Below, in pieces: positions 28,068 through 37,833 of a stretch of DNA of 64,000 nt. Source of the stretch: Elusimicrobiota bacterium (GTDB lineage: Bacteria; CG03; SLGR01; JAFGSA01); NCBI GenBank assembly GCA_016934855.1, contig JAFGSA010000052.1, forward strand, positions 6,220-70,219. The letters are read 5' to 3'. A program made the translations under genes and the position numbers. Position 1 is the stretch's first letter; each line of letters opens with the position of its first letter. The notes under the pieces were generated by a model. That model worked only from the letters and a program-made list of their open reading frames with translations, ran no database searches and was not told where the DNA came from.

Positions 28068-28927
28068 CGGTAAAACCCGTTTTCCCTGGCCTGCAGGTAT
28101 TCCCTGATGTCTTTGAGTAAGGACGGATTAACCCCGTATAAAGCCGGGGTCCCCTCTTTTTTCACGTAAGGTTTTCCTTCCTTCTCTATCACTTTAAAGC
28201 TATCTTTGGCGCCTTCCTTGCGGGTTATTTCGATATCCATCAGCTCAGCCGGCTGCCCGCCGGTCCCGGACGGCTCCTGGGAAAACCCTGTTGCTTTCAG
28301 CCTGCCGAGTTTTTCCAGCAGAACGGATGCCGGGCCCGTCGACATATCTACTATATCGAAGGCGTCCTCTCCGCTTTTTATGACAATAGATTCTACCGAA
28401 CCGAGGGCGGCGCCGAAAATATCCTTATCTTTCCAGTAAGATTCATCCCTGTCAAAAAGCCCGCTGTATACCCCCTGCGCCAGGTACACCCTGGGATCGC
28501 TGCCGATGCGCACATAGCTCTTTACGTAATCGGGACTCCTCTTTCCTATATATATGGTCCCCGTCTCCTTTTTGCCCGGATTGATACGGACTATCACAGC
28601 TGTCGCCGATGAGACCCGGAGATTATCGTATGTTTCCTGCCTCGAGGATATAACGCCTTCCAGTATGAGCCCTTTAACGGCTCCGACGGCTTTTTCAATG
28701 GTATCTTTTTCTCCCGGCCATATATCGCTCGACACATACCATTTCCCGTCTTTACTGAATAAATCTGTGATTGTCCTGCCTTCTTTTGCTACAGTGACGG
28801 CCGATATGTCGAATCCTGAAAAAGGTTTCCCCGCGCCTGACAGGCGGCCGAAGTTATTCTTCAGGAAGAGTACAGCCGCCAGGATGATAAAAACAGCAAA
28901 AAGAATCGCCGTGGTTTTCTTATTCAA
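28064..28927 (-). CDS. DUF4340-like membrane-anchored protein
   Basis: N-terminal TM helix; IG......YVR.....VY motif; lies after the Gld ABC genes. Confidence 0.7.
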   Translation of the reverse strand: MNKKTTAILFAVFIILAAVLFLKNNFGRLSGAGKPFSGFDISAVTVAKEGRTITDLFSKDGKWYVSSDIWPGEKDTIEKAVGAVKGLILEGVISSRQETYDNLRVSSATAVIVRINPGKKETGTIYIGKRSPDYVKSYVRIGSDPRVYLAQGVYSGLFDRDESYWKDKDIFGAALGSVESIVIKSGEDAFDIVDMSTGPASVLLEKLGRLKATGFSQEPSGTGGQPAELMDIEITRKEGAKDSFKVIEKEGKPYVKKEGTPALYGVNPSLLKDIREYLQARENGFYR

Positions 28928-28941
28928 GCCGCCCTCCGCGA

Positions 28942-31128
28942 TCAGCCCAGGATCCTGTTCTTCTTATCCCTGTTCCTGAGGTCCGCAGTCCTCCACCTGT
29001 ATATGCCGGCTCCCAATACGGCCAGAGGAAGGAAAAATATGTCAGAATACCTTATGAGGTTTTTCCTGGCTGGACTTATCTCCTTCATAGGTCTTTGCCC
29101 GACGCCTTTGGACCTTATGCTTATCAGGTCGGAATCCTGGGTGAGCCAGTCAATAATATTCAGGAAAAGGCTCTGGCTCACGCCGGGCCCCGAAGAGAAC
29201 CCCTTCTCCGAAAACCTCGAATTTGATACTACTATGGCCCTCCAGTCGGAATCCGCGTCCTCTATGCTGCAGATGACAGTGAACGGGCCTTTCTCTGAAT
29301 CCGGCGACGGCCGGTATTCCTTAAGAGGCGTCATAAAACCCGCAGAGGTATCCAGCCATGACCCTTCGGACGTGCGGGCCAGCACTTTCACCTTGTATTT
29401 CGAATCTTCTTTTTCTTCTATCCTGATCGGCGACGCGTACGGAAGGGAGAAGGCGTTTATATCCTTTACGATAGGATTATCCTTATCCACATCGCTGATG
29501 ACAGGGAAATAAGGGTAATCGATGATATTCTGGACCATGAAATATCCGCTCCTCGTAGTGACAGCTATCCTCTGGCAGTACGTGTCAAGGATAAGCCCTT
29601 TGCCGACCTCCACGCCGTATTCCTTCAGAAAACCGTTTACGGGATTATCTGTCTCTTTCGCCGAGAAATTCTCCATGTCTATACTGTACATATCGGCGAA
29701 GATACCTATGGGTATCCCTTTTTCTGCGGCTTTTCTGACCGTCTTCAGGGCGTCCGGAGTGAACCTGCTGTCCGCTTTCACGATGACGGAGTAGATGTTT
29801 TCCCGGTCGATCTTCTCCTCGCTGTCTACCTCTATGTACCTGTATATGGAATTTATATCCGCTTCCAATTCTTCCGGGTTGTCGAATTCCCCTATATACC
29901 CGACCGTCCTGGTTTGTGCAGACGTTACTTTTTTAATCATGGAAGTCAGGTCATACTCCAGCCCGTCTATATTTTCGATAACCGGTATCACTTCTTTCCT
30001 GTCTGCGTACATTATTATCAGCCCCATGTATCCCTGTTTCACTTCCAGTTTCTCCTTCGCAGCTTCCGTGAATTTGAGAGGGGGTATGCCGTTCACCATG
30101 GCCTCACGGCCCAGGTCTTCGTTTCCGGAAGGATCAAGGAAGGTGAACTGGACCTTGGAGCCCGAATAGGCCCGGTATTCATATAAAAGATCGCGCAGGT
30201 ATCTCCTGGCGTCCTGATAGCGCTGCGGCAGGTCCCTGGAGAAATAGACTTTTATTATCACCGGATCCTTAAGCGATCTTGTTATCTTTTTTGATGCCCT
30301 GGAGATGGAATATATGTTTCCCTCGGTGAGGTCCGCCCTGTAAACGAGCCCCGAAACCAGTATATTGACCAGCACGAGGATACCCGCGAGAAGACCTGCA
30401 GAGGAAAGATTGTAGAACTCCATCCTTACCCTCCTGGAAAAAGCCATATAGGATACGTAGAGGAAAAAGAAACCGAGGCTTAAGAAATACAGTATATCCC
30501 TCATATCGATTACGCCCCGGGACATGTTCTCCCAGTGAGAATCTATACCCAGGAATTCGATTACGGGCCTCATATAAGCCGGGACGACCTGTATGACCTT
30601 CCCCATTATGAAAAGAGCGAACGAGACGGCGAACCCGATTATAAATGCCACGACCTGGTTGGACGAGAGCGACGACCCGAGCATACCCGTTGTCAAGAAC
30701 ATGCCTCCTATGAGTATCATTCCCAGGTAGGCACCCGTTACCTGTCCCCAGTCGACGTTTCCGAGGCCTGATATGCTTAAGGGGTACAAGAGAGTCAGTA
30801 TCACTGCGCTGGACAGCAGGGTGAATACGGCCAGGAACTTGCCGGCGATTATCTCCGTGTCTTTTACCGGCAGGCTCCCGAGTATCTCCATAGTGCCCGA
30901 GCTGAATTCTCCGGACAAAAGCTGCATCGCTACCGCTGGCGCGAAGAACATCATCAGAAGCGGCACATTCATTATAAAATTATCTATTGTAATCTGGTTT
31001 ATCAGGAATATTGTCGAAGCGAACATCCAGCCGCATATTATCAGGAATACGATTATTATTATATAGGCAAGCGGGGATGCGAAATATCTTTTTATCTCCT
31101 TGCCGAAGATCAGGAGCGTCCTTTTCAT
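28942..31128 (-). CDS. Fused GldF-type ABC permease / GldG-type auxiliary protein
   Basis: KE...YF.SPLAY and E..SGT.E.L.SLP (ABC-2 permease), then DLT....YS.S, YFS.DLP, EYDLT and LISIRSK (GldG). Confidence 0.88.
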   Translation of the reverse strand: MKRTLLIFGKEIKRYFASPLAYIIIIVFLIICGWMFASTIFLINQITIDNFIMNVPLLMMFFAPAVAMQLLSGEFSSGTMEILGSLPVKDTEIIAGKFLAVFTLLSSAVILTLLYPLSISGLGNVDWGQVTGAYLGMILIGGMFLTTGMLGSSLSSNQVVAFIIGFAVSFALFIMGKVIQVVPAYMRPVIEFLGIDSHWENMSRGVIDMRDILYFLSLGFFFLYVSYMAFSRRVRMEFYNLSSAGLLAGILVLVNILVSGLVYRADLTEGNIYSISRASKKITRSLKDPVIIKVYFSRDLPQRYQDARRYLRDLLYEYRAYSGSKVQFTFLDPSGNEDLGREAMVNGIPPLKFTEAAKEKLEVKQGYMGLIIMYADRKEVIPVIENIDGLEYDLTSMIKKVTSAQTRTVGYIGEFDNPEELEADINSIYRYIEVDSEEKIDRENIYSVIVKADSRFTPDALKTVRKAAEKGIPIGIFADMYSIDMENFSAKETDNPVNGFLKEYGVEVGKGLILDTYCQRIAVTTRSGYFMVQNIIDYPYFPVISDVDKDNPIVKDINAFSLPYASPIRIEEKEDSKYKVKVLARTSEGSWLDTSAGFMTPLKEYRPSPDSEKGPFTVICSIEDADSDWRAIVVSNSRFSEKGFSSGPGVSQSLFLNIIDWLTQDSDLISIRSKGVGQRPMKEISPARKNLIRYSDIFFLPLAVLGAGIYRWRTADLRNRDKKNRILG

Positions 31129-32054
31129 TTTCCGGCATCCTCCCCCTGTTCCGTAAGTTTTCTGAATATATCTTCGAGGCTTTCCTTTGTTCTGGACATC
31201 TCCAGCACTGCCCAGTTATTCCTTACAGCTACGGAAAAGATATCCTTTCTCGGATCCAGTCCCGACGTGTTCTCTACGATAATCGTGTCTGCTTCTCTCC
31301 TGACGTAATCCGCCGTATCCAGCTTTTCTATTTCGTTCTTCACTTCATCGGCAGGGCCGTCAAGCTGAACGCTGTACACGGTCTTGCCCGAACCGCCCGC
31401 AAGCTCCTGGTGCGTACCGTCTGCGGCTATCTCACCCCTGTTGATTATGATGACTCTTTCGCATACCGCCTGGACTTCCTGCATGATATGCGTGGATAAT
31501 ACAATCGTTTTCTCTTTTTTCAGTTCGCCTATAAGAGTCCTTATCTCGCGTATCTGGTTCGGGTCCAGACCGCTTGTGGGCTCATCCAGGATAAGTATCG
31601 GCGGATCATGAAGAATTGCCTGGGCCAGCCCCACCCTCTGCCGGTAGCCCTTCGAGAGAGCCCCTATGGGTTTTATTATAACATCTTCGAGAGAACATAT
31701 ATCCACGACTTCTCTGATCCGCTTTCTGATATCCGTGTAAGACATCTCTCTCATGCGGGCGCAGAACTCCAGGTAATCGAGACCGGTCATATCGTGATAT
31801 AGGGGGTTATCCTCGGGCATGTATCCCACCACCTTCTTGACCCCAAACGGGTCTTTTACTACGTCGAGACCGTCTATGCTCACCCGCCCGGCATCGGGCG
31901 GCATGTACCCGCTTATTATCCTCATCGTAGTTGTCTTGCCGGCCCCGTTAGGTCCCAGGAAACCGACTACGCTGCCGCTGCCCACCTTGAACGAGATTGA
32001 ATTGAGCGCCGTGAAATTATCGTATTTTTTTACTAAATTATTTACTTCGATCAT
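31125..32054 (-). CDS. GldA-type ABC ATP-binding protein
   Basis: GPNGAGKTT, LSKGYRQRVGLAQA and LDEPTSGLDPNQ motifs. Confidence 0.94.
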   Translation of the reverse strand: MIEVNNLVKKYDNFTALNSISFKVGSGSVVGFLGPNGAGKTTTMRIISGYMPPDAGRVSIDGLDVVKDPFGVKKVVGYMPEDNPLYHDMTGLDYLEFCARMREMSYTDIRKRIREVVDICSLEDVIIKPIGALSKGYRQRVGLAQAILHDPPILILDEPTSGLDPNQIREIRTLIGELKKEKTIVLSTHIMQEVQAVCERVIIINRGEIAADGTHQELAGGSGKTVYSVQLDGPADEVKNEIEKLDTADYVRREADTIIVENTSGLDPRKDIFSVAVRNNWAVLEMSRTKESLEDIFRKLTEQGEDAGK

Positions 32055-32125
32055 GATATCCCGGGAAAACCTCAGTGAATGGTTATTTATTTATTAAAAA
32101 TCGCGTTATTTTGTCAAGAACAGCA

Positions 32126-32761
32126 TCAGCACAGTCCCAGGAGCGTATCTATTCTTTCGGCGGGATCATCCGCCCTGGTTATATACGATCCGACAACTAT
32201 TTCGTCAACGCCGGCTTTCAGGCATCTGGACGCGCTCTCGGCATTGATTCCGCCGTCTACGGATATCTCGAAGTCAAGACCTTTACTCTTCCTTATCTCT
32301 TTCAGTGCCGCTATCTTCTGCAGCGATTCTTCGATGAAATCCTGGCCGCCGAAACCCGCGTAGACGCTCATGACAAGTACCCTGTTGACCTTATCCAGAT
32401 ACGGGGCGACATCTTCCAGCGGTACGTCGGGATTGAAGGATATGCCCATATTGTCCATCTCCAGTATACTCCGGTTAGCGTCATTGAGCGTTTCCACGTG
32501 TACGAGCACCGCCTGCGAGCCCGCTTCGAAAAACCTGCCGACAAATTTCTCGGGGTTCTCTATCATAAGATGCGTTATCAGCGGGATTCCCGTAATCCTT
32601 CTTACTGTTTTCACCATCTCAGGGCCGTAAGAAATATTGTCCACAAAGTGCCCGTCCATTATATCCATGTGAAAATCGTCTATACGGGTTTTTTCTATTT
32701 TTTTTATGGAAGCCTCCAGATTACCGAAGTCCATGTTGAGTATCGAAACTCCGAGCTTCAT
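32126..32761 (-). CDS. rpe: Ribulose-phosphate 3-epimerase
   Basis: HMDIMDGHFV.N, HLMI, MSV.AGFGGQ and VDGGI motifs. Confidence 0.95.
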   Translation of the reverse strand: MKLGVSILNMDFGNLEASIKKIEKTRIDDFHMDIMDGHFVDNISYGPEMVKTVRRITGIPLITHLMIENPEKFVGRFFEAGSQAVLVHVETLNDANRSILEMDNMGISFNPDVPLEDVAPYLDKVNRVLVMSVYAGFGGQDFIEESLQKIAALKEIRKSKGLDFEISVDGGINAESASRCLKAGVDEIVVGSYITRADDPAERIDTLLGLC

Positions 32762-33798
32762 TTTCCTTCCTCGGGTGCGCTTTCCCCGGCTTCATCGAGG
32801 TTGAATTCGAGTTCTTTTTCCTTGATAAGCACGTCATCGACATATATTTTTGCTTTAGCCGCGCCAAGGACCTTTACCGGAACCTCTATCTTTGCCCCCC
32901 CCTCGACCTTGGCTTCGTATATGATCCGTTCCCCTATATCGTCTTCCAGGATTATCCTGATATCTTTCTCCCGCCCGCTCTGAGAGACTTCGTAGTATAC
33001 CGTCTCGTCCCTGACTTCCTTTATGCTCCTTGTCATCACCGATATAGACACGTTTACCCTGGTATTCTTGTCTATTATAGCCCCTTCCTTCGGGTCCTGT
33101 TCTACGACAGTGCCCTCGTTCAGCTCGTCCATTATCGCCGTCTTGACATCGTTTATGTCCAGCCCGAACTCTTTCATTATTACCTCTACGTCCTGTATAT
33201 TCTTGCCGAGCAGGTTGGGCATCTTCTTTATCTTCTCGTCTTCGGCCGGGCCGCGGCTCACGACTATGTTAACATACGTGTTTTTCTCGACGACCTCGCC
33301 GGCCGGCGGTTCCTGCGAGACGATATAATCCCTTTTAACCGAGCTGGAGTACGTCCTTGTCTGTTCGCCTATCGCAAGGCCGGCCTGCCTTAAGAGCAGC
33401 TCCGCCTGGCGCAGGGATTTCTGCTCTATCTCGGGCACGAATACGACTTTTCCCCCGGATGATATGACGGACTCTATAGCTTTTCCCTCGCGGATCGTAA
33501 GACCGGGAGGCGGGGACTGGGATATAATGCTGCCTGCCGGTATGTCTACATCGTACTTTTCCGCTACTTTTTCAAGGGAAAGGCCTTTTTCGCTAAGCAG
33601 AGTCAATGCGTCATTTATAGTCATTCCTACTATGTCCGGGACGACGACTTCTTTCCTGTTGTGCAGGACCTCGTTCATAAGTATATTAACGATCCAGATG
33701 CCTGCCAGAGAAACTATCAGCAGGATTATGATCGCGGAAACCGTGATCTTAACCGCTAATTCTATCTTTTTGGGGTCTTTCAGTATATCGAGCTTCAT
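32758..33798 (-). CDS. Single-pass membrane protein with three PASTA domains and no kinase domain
   Basis: TM helix, then VPDIVG, VPEIE and MPNLLG repeats, each with a Q.P..G motif. Confidence 0.88.
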   Translation of the reverse strand: MKLDILKDPKKIELAVKITVSAIIILLIVSLAGIWIVNILMNEVLHNRKEVVVPDIVGMTINDALTLLSEKGLSLEKVAEKYDVDIPAGSIISQSPPPGLTIREGKAIESVISSGGKVVFVPEIEQKSLRQAELLLRQAGLAIGEQTRTYSSSVKRDYIVSQEPPAGEVVEKNTYVNIVVSRGPAEDEKIKKMPNLLGKNIQDVEVIMKEFGLDINDVKTAIMDELNEGTVVEQDPKEGAIIDKNTRVNVSISVMTRSIKEVRDETVYYEVSQSGREKDIRIILEDDIGERIIYEAKVEGGAKIEVPVKVLGAAKAKIYVDDVLIKEKELEFNLDEAGESAPEEGK

Positions 33799-33801
33799 GG
33801 C

Positions 33802-34809
33802 TTATTTGATTACTAGAAAATAATACAAAACTACCATGACAAATGCAATAATAATATACCACCATCTGAACGGGCTGGCCATGGGAGTCTTGATAATGCC
33901 TATCTTCTTCTTCGGGTTCTCTACGGCTCTGCCTATTATCCCGGGCCCGTATCTTACTATTATCTCTACCCCGTCCTCCGTATCCTTAACGTCTTCGACG
34001 GTTGCCGGCAGGGATATCAGTTCGTCTTCTTTCCTCCCTCCCAGAAGATGCGCAAGATAGACGCCGATATCTCTGTCATCAATAATCCTGGTCACGACCA
34101 TATCCCCCGCTTCCACTTTCTCGACTCTTATTGAAGGGTTCGCATCCTTGTTCTTTACCAGATCGATATCGAGGTCTATCAGGAAATTCTCCGTGTCTTC
34201 TTTTCCCAGGTGCAGCATGAACTCATCGTTAATTTTTTCCGCATCCGTCAGGTACTTGAACTGCCTTAAATTGATCTTCTGGCCTTTCATTTCTATAAAG
34301 ATATCGTATTCCCTGCCCGTGTCGTATCTTATCACCTCGATTATGCAGCCGGAGAATATATCCTTTATGCCGTCGATGTTCAATACTTCCCAAAGGCTAT
34401 AGAAATCATCCGCCGCTTCCTCCTGTATCCTCAGGACTATTGCTTCCTCTATCTTCTGCGTTATTTCCCTGAGACTGCCGTCTTTAAGCCTCCTGGAATA
34501 CAGGTCTTTTTCGAAAGCAAACCATTGTTTATCGACGTCGGATTCATATATTTCCGGGTTACAGCCGGTAACGGCCGCGTATCGTATTATCCTCTTGTTC
34601 CTGCTGTTAAAAATAAAAAGGAGGAGACCGTAAATGCTTACTTCGTCGGCCTTGAACTTGCATTTAATGACACCCAGCGGCTTGATATCCCTCGATATGT
34701 TTCTCAACGCAAGGGTTATATTGCCCGCCGCCCTTTCAAGGTACTCCCTGGCTTCCTCTTTGTCACAGCCGGTTTCTTCTATAAGGACATCTATATCGGT
34801 GCTGGTTAT
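33802..34809 (-). CDS. Hypothetical protein with an N-terminal UBA-like helical domain and C-terminal TM anchor; non-canonical start
   Basis: The frame stays open upstream of the TTG at 34707 and reads ITSTDIDVLIEETGCDKEEAREYLERAAGNITLAL. Only ATA/ATT candidate starts exist (34809, 34827, 34836). C-terminus WWYIIIAFVMVVLYYFLVIK. Confidence 0.75.
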   Translation of the reverse strand: MTSTDIDVLIEETGCDKEEAREYLERAAGNITLALRNISRDIKPLGVIKCKFKADEVSIYGLLLFIFNSRNKRIIRYAAVTGCNPEIYESDVDKQWFAFEKDLYSRRLKDGSLREITQKIEEAIVLRIQEEAADDFYSLWEVLNIDGIKDIFSGCIIEVIRYDTGREYDIFIEMKGQKINLRQFKYLTDAEKINDEFMLHLGKEDTENFLIDLDIDLVKNKDANPSIRVEKVEAGDMVVTRIIDDRDIGVYLAHLLGGRKEDELISLPATVEDVKDTEDGVEIIVRYGPGIIGRAVENPKKKIGIIKTPMASPFRWWYIIIAFVMVVLYYFLVIK

Positions 34810-35702
34810 CTGCTTCTTGGGTGGAATTTTAAGTATACCTCCCTGAGTTTATTCCTGGACAAATGAGTGTATATCTGCGTAGTCTGGAGCCTTTTGTGCC
34901 CGAGAAGTTCCTGTACAGTACGCAGGTTGCAGCCGGCTTCCAGCATATGGGTGGCAAAACTGTGCCGGAGAGTATGTGGCCCTATATCCTTGTTAATCCC
35001 TGCCATGAGACTGCATTTTTTCACTATCCTTCTTATGCTCCTGGACGATAGCCGTCTTCCTGCAGCGTTCACGAAGACTGCGGCGGCGGCGGACGCCCAT
35101 CCGCAATCATCCCTGAATTTGAAATAGTCGTGGACTCTGCCCACGGCGGTGTCACCCAGAGGAAGCATTCTTTCTCTTCCTCCTTTCCCGAAAACGACGG
35201 CAGTACCTCCCAGAAGATCTATATCTTTCCTGTTAAGAGACGAAGCTTCCTCCACCCTGCATCCCGTAGAATACATAAACTCGAGCAGAGCGCGGTTGCG
35301 CAGCTGCAGCCGGCCTTCGCCGTAATTAAAATCGAGCAGTCTTTCGACCTCTTTCATACTCAGTACCGTCGGGTACTTGGCCGCGCTTTTACCGAGAGAT
35401 ACCTTTGCCGAGGGGTCTGTCCCGACCATCTTTCTGTTTTTCAGGAACGAGAAAAAGCTTTTTACGGCCGAGAGTTTCCTGTTCATACTGGTCCTGGAGA
35501 GTCTCTTCTCCAGCGCTTTCAGATAATTCCTGATATCGAAATGGTCTATTTCCGCCAGGCTCTTGCCTGTCCCGTCCCCTATGAACTCCGAGAAATCCTT
35601 AAGATCCCGCCGGTATGCTCTTACGGTATTTGATGAACCTATTCTTTCCTTTTCAATGTAATTAATAAATGTTTCTATATCGCTGTCGATGCCCTTAACC
35701 AT
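34806..35702 (-). CDS. xerC: Tyrosine recombinase XerC/XerD
   Basis: NT..AY.RDL, YSTGCR..E, GKG..ER, HTLRHSFATH and LLGH..L.TTQIYT motifs; topA context. Confidence 0.93.
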   Translation of the reverse strand: MVKGIDSDIETFINYIEKERIGSSNTVRAYRRDLKDFSEFIGDGTGKSLAEIDHFDIRNYLKALEKRLSRTSMNRKLSAVKSFFSFLKNRKMVGTDPSAKVSLGKSAAKYPTVLSMKEVERLLDFNYGEGRLQLRNRALLEFMYSTGCRVEEASSLNRKDIDLLGGTAVVFGKGGRERMLPLGDTAVGRVHDYFKFRDDCGWASAAAAVFVNAAGRRLSSRSIRRIVKKCSLMAGINKDIGPHTLRHSFATHMLEAGCNLRTVQELLGHKRLQTTQIYTHLSRNKLREVYLKFHPRSR

Positions 35703-37833
35703 TTTTGGCTTCCAGCTCTTTCAGACCTTTTGAAAACCTGCATTTAGGGAAACCCGTGCAGGCCAGAAAGCGGCCCCTCGGGCCCATTCTGATTACCGTG
35801 TCCTTGCCGCATTCAGGGCACTTCTCATATCCCAGGGGGATATTAATTATATAGCCGTCCTGGTCTATCGCGAAAGTCGTTTTACAGGCCGGGTACGCCG
35901 AACAGGCCATGAAGTTCCCGTATCTTCCCTTTTTAATTATGAGCTTTGCGCCGCATTTAGGGCATTTCAAATCGGATTCCCTGTTGGCAACCACGTCGTC
36001 GTTTTTATCAAGAGTATACGTCTGCTTGCATTTAGGATACCCCGAACACGCCATGAATTTCCCGTTCCTGCCCCACCTGATAACCAGCGGGGAGCCGCAT
36101 TTAGGACATTTCTTGCCGGTCGCTTCATCCTTAATTTTCTTCATGTTCTTCATCGCGCTCTGATATTGTATCTTGAACTTTTCGTAGAAATCCTCGAGCA
36201 TTGTCTTCCAGTTTATCCTTCCCTGCGCTATCTCATCGAGATGATTCTCCATTTTGGCCGTGAATTCCCTGTCTATCACTCCTGAAAAATGTTTCTCCAG
36301 GGCTTCCACTACGATAATCCCTATTTCCTGGGGCACCAGTGACCCGCTCTCCCTCGTGATATATTTCCTCCCTACGAGGGTTTTAAGTATGGTGGCGTAT
36401 GTGGACGGGCGGCCGATGCCGTTTTTTTCCAGCTCGCTGATCAGCGTGGCCGAGGTAAACCTTGCAGGCGGCTTTGTCTCGTGCTCTTTATGTTCGAGTT
36501 TTTTCCAGCTGAATGCCGTTCCTTTTGCCAGCATGGGAATGTCGTTTTCGCTGACGCTTGTCTGCCAGACTTTCATATATCCGTCAAATATGATTTTCTG
36601 ACCGTTAGCCCTGAAATTATATTCCCCGCACACGAGATCCAGCTGAACATGATCTATCGAGGCAGGCTTCATCTGCGATGCGATGAAACGCTCCCATATG
36701 AGGCGGTAAAGCCTGTACTGACTGGGAGTCAGGGTGTTTTTCACGTCTTCGGGCAGCCTGAAGGAACTCGTGGGCCGTATACATTCATGAGCTTCCTGGG
36801 CACTTTTTCCGGAACGGTACGTGTTCGGTTTTTCCGGAACATATCTATCCCCTAACTTTAGTCCTATGTACTTTCTGGCACTTTCGACCGCGGATTTTGC
36901 TATAGTAACGGAATCCGTCCTCATATATGTAATCAGTCCGGTGGAAGATCCGTCCGCGAGCTCCACTCCTTCGTATAACTGCTGGGCTATTCTCATGGTC
37001 TTCTCGGGAATGAAGCCGAGCCTGTTAAAAGCATCCTGCTGAAGAGTCGAAGTGATGAACGGCGGCAGCGGCGAGTTTTTCTTTTCTTTCCTGTTTATAT
37101 CGGCAACGGATATCGGTTCGCCGACGCAGGTTCTTATTATTTCTTCGACATGCTGAAGGTTATCCAGCTGGAATTTCTTGAACTTTACGCCGTCTTTTCC
37201 CCATAGCACAACGCCTATATCCTTACCTTCGTGCTCTATCTGTCCCTCTACACTGTAGTACTTCTTAGGCTTGAACTTTTTCCGCTCTTTTTCCCTGTTG
37301 ACTATCATCTCAAGTCCCACGGACTGAACCCTTCCCGCAGAGAGGCCCTTCCTTATCTTCTTCGAGAGCAGCGGAGAGATCTTATACCCGACAATCCTGT
37401 CCAGCAGACGACGGGCCTGCTGCGCATCTACCAGGCTCAGGTCTATCTTCCTGGGTGTTTTGAGAGATTCCAGGATGGCTTCCTCGGTTATTTCGTGGAA
37501 CACTATCCGGTCCACGGCCTCTGACCTGAAATCCATTTCGACAGCCTGCATCAGGTGCCATCCTATGGCCTCGCCCTCGCGGTCTTCGTCCATCGCAAGA
37601 TATATCTTGGGGGACTCCTTTATAAGCTGCTTTATTTCCCTTATTATTTTTTCCTTGCCTTTTATGACTATGTATTCCGGCTTGAAGCCGTTCTCGATAT
37701 CCACACCGAGCCTGTACACAGGAAGATCCATCACATGCCCCATGCTGGAGACGACACGGTAATCGTCACCGAGAAACCTGCTTATTATCTTCGCCTTTGT
37801 AGGAGATTCCACGACTATAAGATTACTACTCAT
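35695..37833 (-). CDS. topA: DNA topoisomerase I
   Basis: VESPTKA, D.DREGE, AGRVQS, ITYMRTDS and GIGRPSTY motifs; three C4 Zn ribbons. Confidence 0.98.
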   Translation of the reverse strand: MSSNLIVVESPTKAKIISRFLGDDYRVVSSMGHVMDLPVYRLGVDIENGFKPEYIVIKGKEKIIREIKQLIKESPKIYLAMDEDREGEAIGWHLMQAVEMDFRSEAVDRIVFHEITEEAILESLKTPRKIDLSLVDAQQARRLLDRIVGYKISPLLSKKIRKGLSAGRVQSVGLEMIVNREKERKKFKPKKYYSVEGQIEHEGKDIGVVLWGKDGVKFKKFQLDNLQHVEEIIRTCVGEPISVADINRKEKKNSPLPPFITSTLQQDAFNRLGFIPEKTMRIAQQLYEGVELADGSSTGLITYMRTDSVTIAKSAVESARKYIGLKLGDRYVPEKPNTYRSGKSAQEAHECIRPTSSFRLPEDVKNTLTPSQYRLYRLIWERFIASQMKPASIDHVQLDLVCGEYNFRANGQKIIFDGYMKVWQTSVSENDIPMLAKGTAFSWKKLEHKEHETKPPARFTSATLISELEKNGIGRPSTYATILKTLVGRKYITRESGSLVPQEIGIIVVEALEKHFSGVIDREFTAKMENHLDEIAQGRINWKTMLEDFYEKFKIQYQSAMKNMKKIKDEATGKKCPKCGSPLVIRWGRNGKFMACSGYPKCKQTYTLDKNDDVVANRESDLKCPKCGAKLIIKKGRYGNFMACSAYPACKTTFAIDQDGYIINIPLGYEKCPECGKDTVIRMGPRGRFLACTGFPKCRFSKGLKELEAKNG

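Noticed and set aside
34806..35702. Phage or island integrase
   Set aside because: It sits in the housekeeping dprA-topA-xerC context, with no att sites, tRNA or cargo genes.
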